From positions 128,001 to 192,000 of the forward strand of contig CAWCPV010000014.1 in the NCBI GenBank assembly GCA_963797555.1: a stretch of DNA of 64,000 nt, in the 5' to 3' direction. The translations under genes were made by a program, and so were the position numbers. Position 1 is the stretch's first letter; each line of letters begins with the position of its first letter. The notes under the pieces were generated by a model, which had not been told where the DNA came from, searched no databases, and saw nothing but the letters and a program-made list of their open reading frames with translations. Source of the stretch: an uncultured Gammaproteobacteria bacterium (lineage in GTDB: Bacteria; Pseudomonadota; Gammaproteobacteria; CAWCPV01). This document shows, one piece after another, positions 60,408-64,000 of this stretch.

Positions 60408-62266
60408 CCGCCCTGGATCGCCTCCTGCTTCTCAGCGCCCTGTCCGGCGCCGTGCTGTTCTGGGTCGGTCGGCGGCGCTGGGCGGGGTGGCTGAGCGTGG
60501 GTCTCTACGGCGTTCAGCTCGCCCTGTTGGCGGCCCTGCTGCCGGAGCTAAGCGCCGCGGGCGGTGCCGCGTCCTCGGTCGCTTTTACCGCCTTCGGCAA
60601 TGGAGTGGCGTGGTCGCTTTCGGGATTGGGCTGGTTCTTCGCCCTGCTGACCGTGGGCACGGCGCTGTTCTGCGCATGGTTTTCGGCGGGCGAATGGGGG
60701 CGCCACCAGAGCGGCTTACGTCTGTTTCACGGCAGCCTGGCGCTCAATGTCCTGGCGATGCTGGTGTTGCTGTCCAGCGCCGACCTGCTCAGCCTGTTCA
60801 TCGGCTGGGAGCTGGTGAGCTGGGCGAGCTACCTGATTATGACCCAGCGCGGCGGGGTGGCTGAGCGGGCCGCATTCCGCTACCTCATCTACGCCATGGT
60901 CGGCGCCATGGCCGTGCTGTGCGCCGTGGTACTCGCATACCTGCAGGTCGGCTCCCTGGGCCTAGCCGAGCTGCGCGCGGTCCTTCCCGAGCTTTCCGAC
61001 GGGGTGCTGTGGACGCTGGTGCTGCTGTTCGCCTGCGGCTTCGGCATCAAGATGGCCCTGGTGCCGTTTCACCTCTGGCAGGCCGAAGCCTATGCGGAGA
61101 CGCCGGGCCCGGCCACCGCCTTCGTCAGCGCCATCGCCGCACGCATGGGGCTGTTCGCGTTGCTGCTCGTGCTGATGCAGTTGATCGGCGCCGACCGCCT
61201 GACCCAACTGGCGCTGCCTTTCACCTTCTGGGATGCGCGCGAGCTGCTCGCCTGGGTCGCTGCCGTCACCATGGTGGTGCCGACCTACATCGCCCTCACC
61301 CAGAACGACGCCCGCATGCTGCTCGCCTGGCATGGCATCGGGCAGGGGGGCTACATGCTCCTCGGCGCCTTGGTGGCGACGCCCATGGGCGTGGCCGGCG
61401 GGCTGATGCACGTGTTCAACTACGCGACTTACCAGGCACCGCTGTTCCTTGCGGTGACCGCGGTGGCCTACCGCACCGGGACTGCGGATCTGGACCGGCT
61501 CGGCGGCCTCATCACACGCATGCCGCTGTCCTATGTCGCAATGTTGATGGGCATCATCGGTCTGGCGGGTTTGCCGCCCATGAACGGCTTCGTGTCCAAG
61601 TGGCTCATCTACAAGGCGCTGCTGGATGCCCGCATGCCGCTGCTGTTCGTGGCGGCCGTCGTCGGCACACTGGGGACCATCCTCAGCGTGTACAAGCTCA
61701 TCCACAACACCTTTCTGGGTCAACTGCGGGTCGAGCATGAGCAGGTCCGGGAGGTCCCCTGGAGTATGAGCCTCCCGATGCTGGCCATGGCGGCCATCGC
61801 GTTCATCACCGGGTTCATGCCCGGACTCGCGCTCGATCTCGTGGACGTGGCGCAGCCGGTTCTGGGCGTGGCGCCCCTGCCCCATCACCTTGGCGGCGTC
61901 GACTGGGCCACCGGCAGCCTGAACATGCTCTGGGTCGTGGGGGCGATGCTCGGATCCATCGGCTTCGGAGCACTGGTGTTCTTGATGGGGAACCGCAGCT
62001 ACCGCGTACACCAGTTGGACAATTACGCTGGTGGGCACTTCCTCTCGGCGGAGGTCCGCTACCACTACAGCCACGACTTCTACGCCGGCCTGCTGCGGGT
62101 CATCGGCCCTTGGTTCCGCGGCAGCGTCCTGTGGGCGGAGAGGGGGCTGGTGTCCCTCGCGGATCTCATGGCGTCGGCGATGCATGGCTTTTATCGGGCG
62201 GCTTACACGCCGCTCTATCTCCTGGCGGGTGCCGTACTCGCCCTGTGGTGGATGATGGGGGGCTAG
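60404..62266 (+). CDS. Second proton-conducting subunit (NuoL/MbxH'-like)
   Basis: LFIGWEL, IKMALVPFHLW, GLPPMNGFVSKW. Confidence 0.88.
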   Translation: MTALDRLLLLSALSGAVLFWVGRRRWAGWLSVGLYGVQLALLAALLPELSAAGGAASSVAFTAFGNGVAWSLSGLGWFFALLTVGTALFCAWFSAGEWGRHQSGLRLFHGSLALNVLAMLVLLSSADLLSLFIGWELVSWASYLIMTQRGGVAERAAFRYLIYAMVGAMAVLCAVVLAYLQVGSLGLAELRAVLPELSDGVLWTLVLLFACGFGIKMALVPFHLWQAEAYAETPGPATAFVSAIAARMGLFALLLVLMQLIGADRLTQLALPFTFWDARELLAWVAAVTMVVPTYIALTQNDARMLLAWHGIGQGGYMLLGALVATPMGVAGGLMHVFNYATYQAPLFLAVTAVAYRTGTADLDRLGGLITRMPLSYVAMLMGIIGLAGLPPMNGFVSKWLIYKALLDARMPLLFVAAVVGTLGTILSVYKLIHNTFLGQLRVEHEQVREVPWSMSLPMLAMAAIAFITGFMPGLALDLVDVAQPVLGVAPLPHHLGGVDWATGSLNMLWVVGAMLGSIGFGALVFLMGNRSYRVHQLDNYAGGHFLSAEVRYHYSHDFYAGLLRVIGPWFRGSVLWAERGLVSLADLMASAMHGFYRAAYTPLYLLAGAVLALWWMMGG

Positions 62267-62267
62267 G

Positions 62268-63179
62268 ATGGACTGGGGGCGTTTGGTTCCGCAGCTCGTT
62301 CTCATGCCGCTCATCGCCTTCGGGGTGGGGCTGGTGATGGTGCTCATGATGCGCAAGGTGCGGGCACGCATCGAGCGGCGCATCGGGCCGCCGTTCCTGC
62401 AGCCTATCTACGATATCGCCAAGCTCTACAGCAAGAGGAGTCAGATCTCCCATGGGGCGATGCACGACATCGCCACCATGATGGTGCTGGGTGGGATCAT
62501 CACCACGGTCCTGTTCCTGCCGGTTCCCGGGATGGAGGGTCTGGCGCGCCAAGGAGATCTGCTGACCCTGCTGTACCTCATGATGGTGCCCTCCCTGGGG
62601 ATGGCCCTGGGGGTGGGCCAGTGCGCCAATCCGAACGGATCCATCGGGATCTCCCGCGCCCTCACCGCCATGGCCGCCTACGAGGTGCCCTTCATCATCG
62701 CCGTGGCAGGAGCGTGCATCACGTACGGCACCACCAGTCTGCCGGACATCATCGCGGCTCAGCAGGGGAGCGGCCTGCAGGGGTGGGGCCTGGTCTCCAT
62801 GCCGCTGCTGGCGTTGGCCGCCCTGATTGCGACCCACGGCATGCTGGGCAAGGAGCCCTTCGAGATCTACGTGGCGCCTGCCGAGATCGCGACGGGGCCG
62901 ATGGTGGAGATGAGCGGAAAATACCTCGGAACACTGTTCGTGATGCAGTGTTTCCAGTTGTACACCGTGGGTGTACTCTATGTCGTACTGTTCATGGGCG
63001 GCGGCCGGCACTGGTGGGCTTTGCTGCCCAAGGTGTTCGCTGTGGTGTTCGTCTCGGTGGCGATCACCAACGTCTATCCCCGCTACAAGACCGACGATGT
63101 GGTGCGCTGGATGTGGAAATGGCCCACGGCCATCGCCCTCCTGGGACTCGCCTTCGTGATGTTCAGAACAGGCCAGTGA
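62268..63179 (+). CDS. NuoH/MbxM-like membrane subunit
   Basis: RKVRARIERRIGPP..QP.YD..KL, PFEI..A..EI..G...E.SG, YPRYK. Confidence 0.9.
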   Translation: MDWGRLVPQLVLMPLIAFGVGLVMVLMMRKVRARIERRIGPPFLQPIYDIAKLYSKRSQISHGAMHDIATMMVLGGIITTVLFLPVPGMEGLARQGDLLTLLYLMMVPSLGMALGVGQCANPNGSIGISRALTAMAAYEVPFIIAVAGACITYGTTSLPDIIAAQQGSGLQGWGLVSMPLLALAALIATHGMLGKEPFEIYVAPAEIATGPMVEMSGKYLGTLFVMQCFQLYTVGVLYVVLFMGGGRHWWALLPKVFAVVFVSVAITNVYPRYKTDDVVRWMWKWPTAIALLGLAFVMFRTGQ

Positions 63180-63249
63180 TCGAGAGCCGCGTTCCTGGCT
63201 GCTCGGACCCTGGAGGGTGCCATAGCGGCGCGCGGCGTGAGGTGGATCC

Positions 63250-64000
63250 ATGAGCGTGAGCGCCAAGATGATACCCGTGTACCGCGACCCCGATACGGAC
63301 ATCGCCTGCCGGCAGGTGGACCGGGATGAGCGCTCTGCGTTGCGCAAGGTTCTGGATCGCATCGCCGATCACTGCCGCGCCCGCTCCCTGTTCGTGCTGC
63401 ACTACTGCACGGGTTGCGGGGCCATCGAGCTGCCGCCGTCCATGACCTCGCGCTTCGACTTGGAGCGCATCGGTATGCAGCCGATGGTAACGCCGCGTCA
63501 GGCGGACGTCCTGCTCATCACCGGGTACCTGTCGGTGAAGACCTTGAAGCGGGTCATTCTGACCTACGAGCAGATGCAGGCGCCGAAGTACGTGATAGGC
63601 TTCGGGTCGTGCACCATCAACGGGGGCATGTACTGGCACAGCTATGCGACCATCAAGCAGCTCGACCACTACATGCCCGTCGACATGTACATCGCCGGCT
63701 GCATGCCGCGTCCGGAGGCCATCCAGCAGGGCTTCCTGCAGCTCATGGAGAACATCGACGCCGGCCATGCCCGCGCCTGGGAGGACTATTACCGGCGCTA
63801 CGACAACTACCTGGCGAACCAGCAGTACCTGTTCGGCAAAGACTTCCACACCCCTACGGACGTGGTGGGGGAGGCGAAGCGCTACCGGTTGCTGGGCGAT
63901 CAGACGCTAGGGGTGCACACCGCGCTGCTGGAAAAGTACGCCGCCTACCATGAAGAGCTGGGCGTGCGTATCCCGGCACCCCGCGAGGAGGAGAAGGTCC
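63250..64000 (+). CDS. NuoB/MbxJ-like Fe-S subunit (runs off window end)
   Basis: Open frame from ATG 63250: YCTGCGAIELPP, RQADVLLITGY, GSCTINGG, IAGCMPRPE; absent from the ORF track because it has no stop in the window. Confidence 0.9.
   Translation, partial: MSVSAKMIPVYRDPDTDIACRQVDRDERSALRKVLDRIADHCRARSLFVLHYCTGCGAIELPPSMTSRFDLERIGMQPMVTPRQADVLLITGYLSVKTLKRVILTYEQMQAPKYVIGFGSCTINGGMYWHSYATIKQLDHYMPVDMYIAGCMPRPEAIQQGFLQLMENIDAGHARAWEDYYRRYDNYLANQQYLFGKDFHTPTDVVGEAKRYRLLGDQTLGVHTALLEKYAAYHEELGVRIPAPREEEKV

Noticed and set aside
1-64000. rRNA or tRNA genes
   Set aside because: None recognised by eye; not excluded without tRNAscan or Infernal

Overview
GC-rich proteobacterial chromosomal window with three parts. 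(1) 0.1-17 kb is a periplasmic copper/redox block: exbB-exbD-tonB, mepA, a sigma54-driven Tat protein, a putative outer-membrane protein with copC-copD, an AraC response regulator, a large CotA-like multicopper oxidase, two FKBPs, a cytochrome c/periplasmic-binding fusion, SCO and apbE. (2) About 17-48 kb is a mosaic accessory region. It holds a DUF4062-NB-ARC-TPR NLR-like gene, exosortase E with its VPEID-CTERM target, an IS110 element whose 5' non-coding end matches its own target and donor junctions, and IS1634, IS256 and IS91 remnants. It also holds a sigma54-driven ARPP-1/unknown/wHTH/HNH/SF2-helicase operon, small metabolic genes and a tyrosine recombinase. At least seven related ~28-bp dif-like (11-6-11) palindromic sites punctuate this region, one just upstream of the recombinase, suggesting an integron- or pdif-like cassette system. 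(3) 48-64 kb contains an intact ccmA-I operon and an Mrp-coupled Mbx/Mbs-type membrane oxidoreductase operon running off the window end. Many genes between 2 and 48 kb carry single-base frameshifts (decay or long-read error); none was seen in the last 16 kb. All calls come from motif reading by eye, with no database searches.
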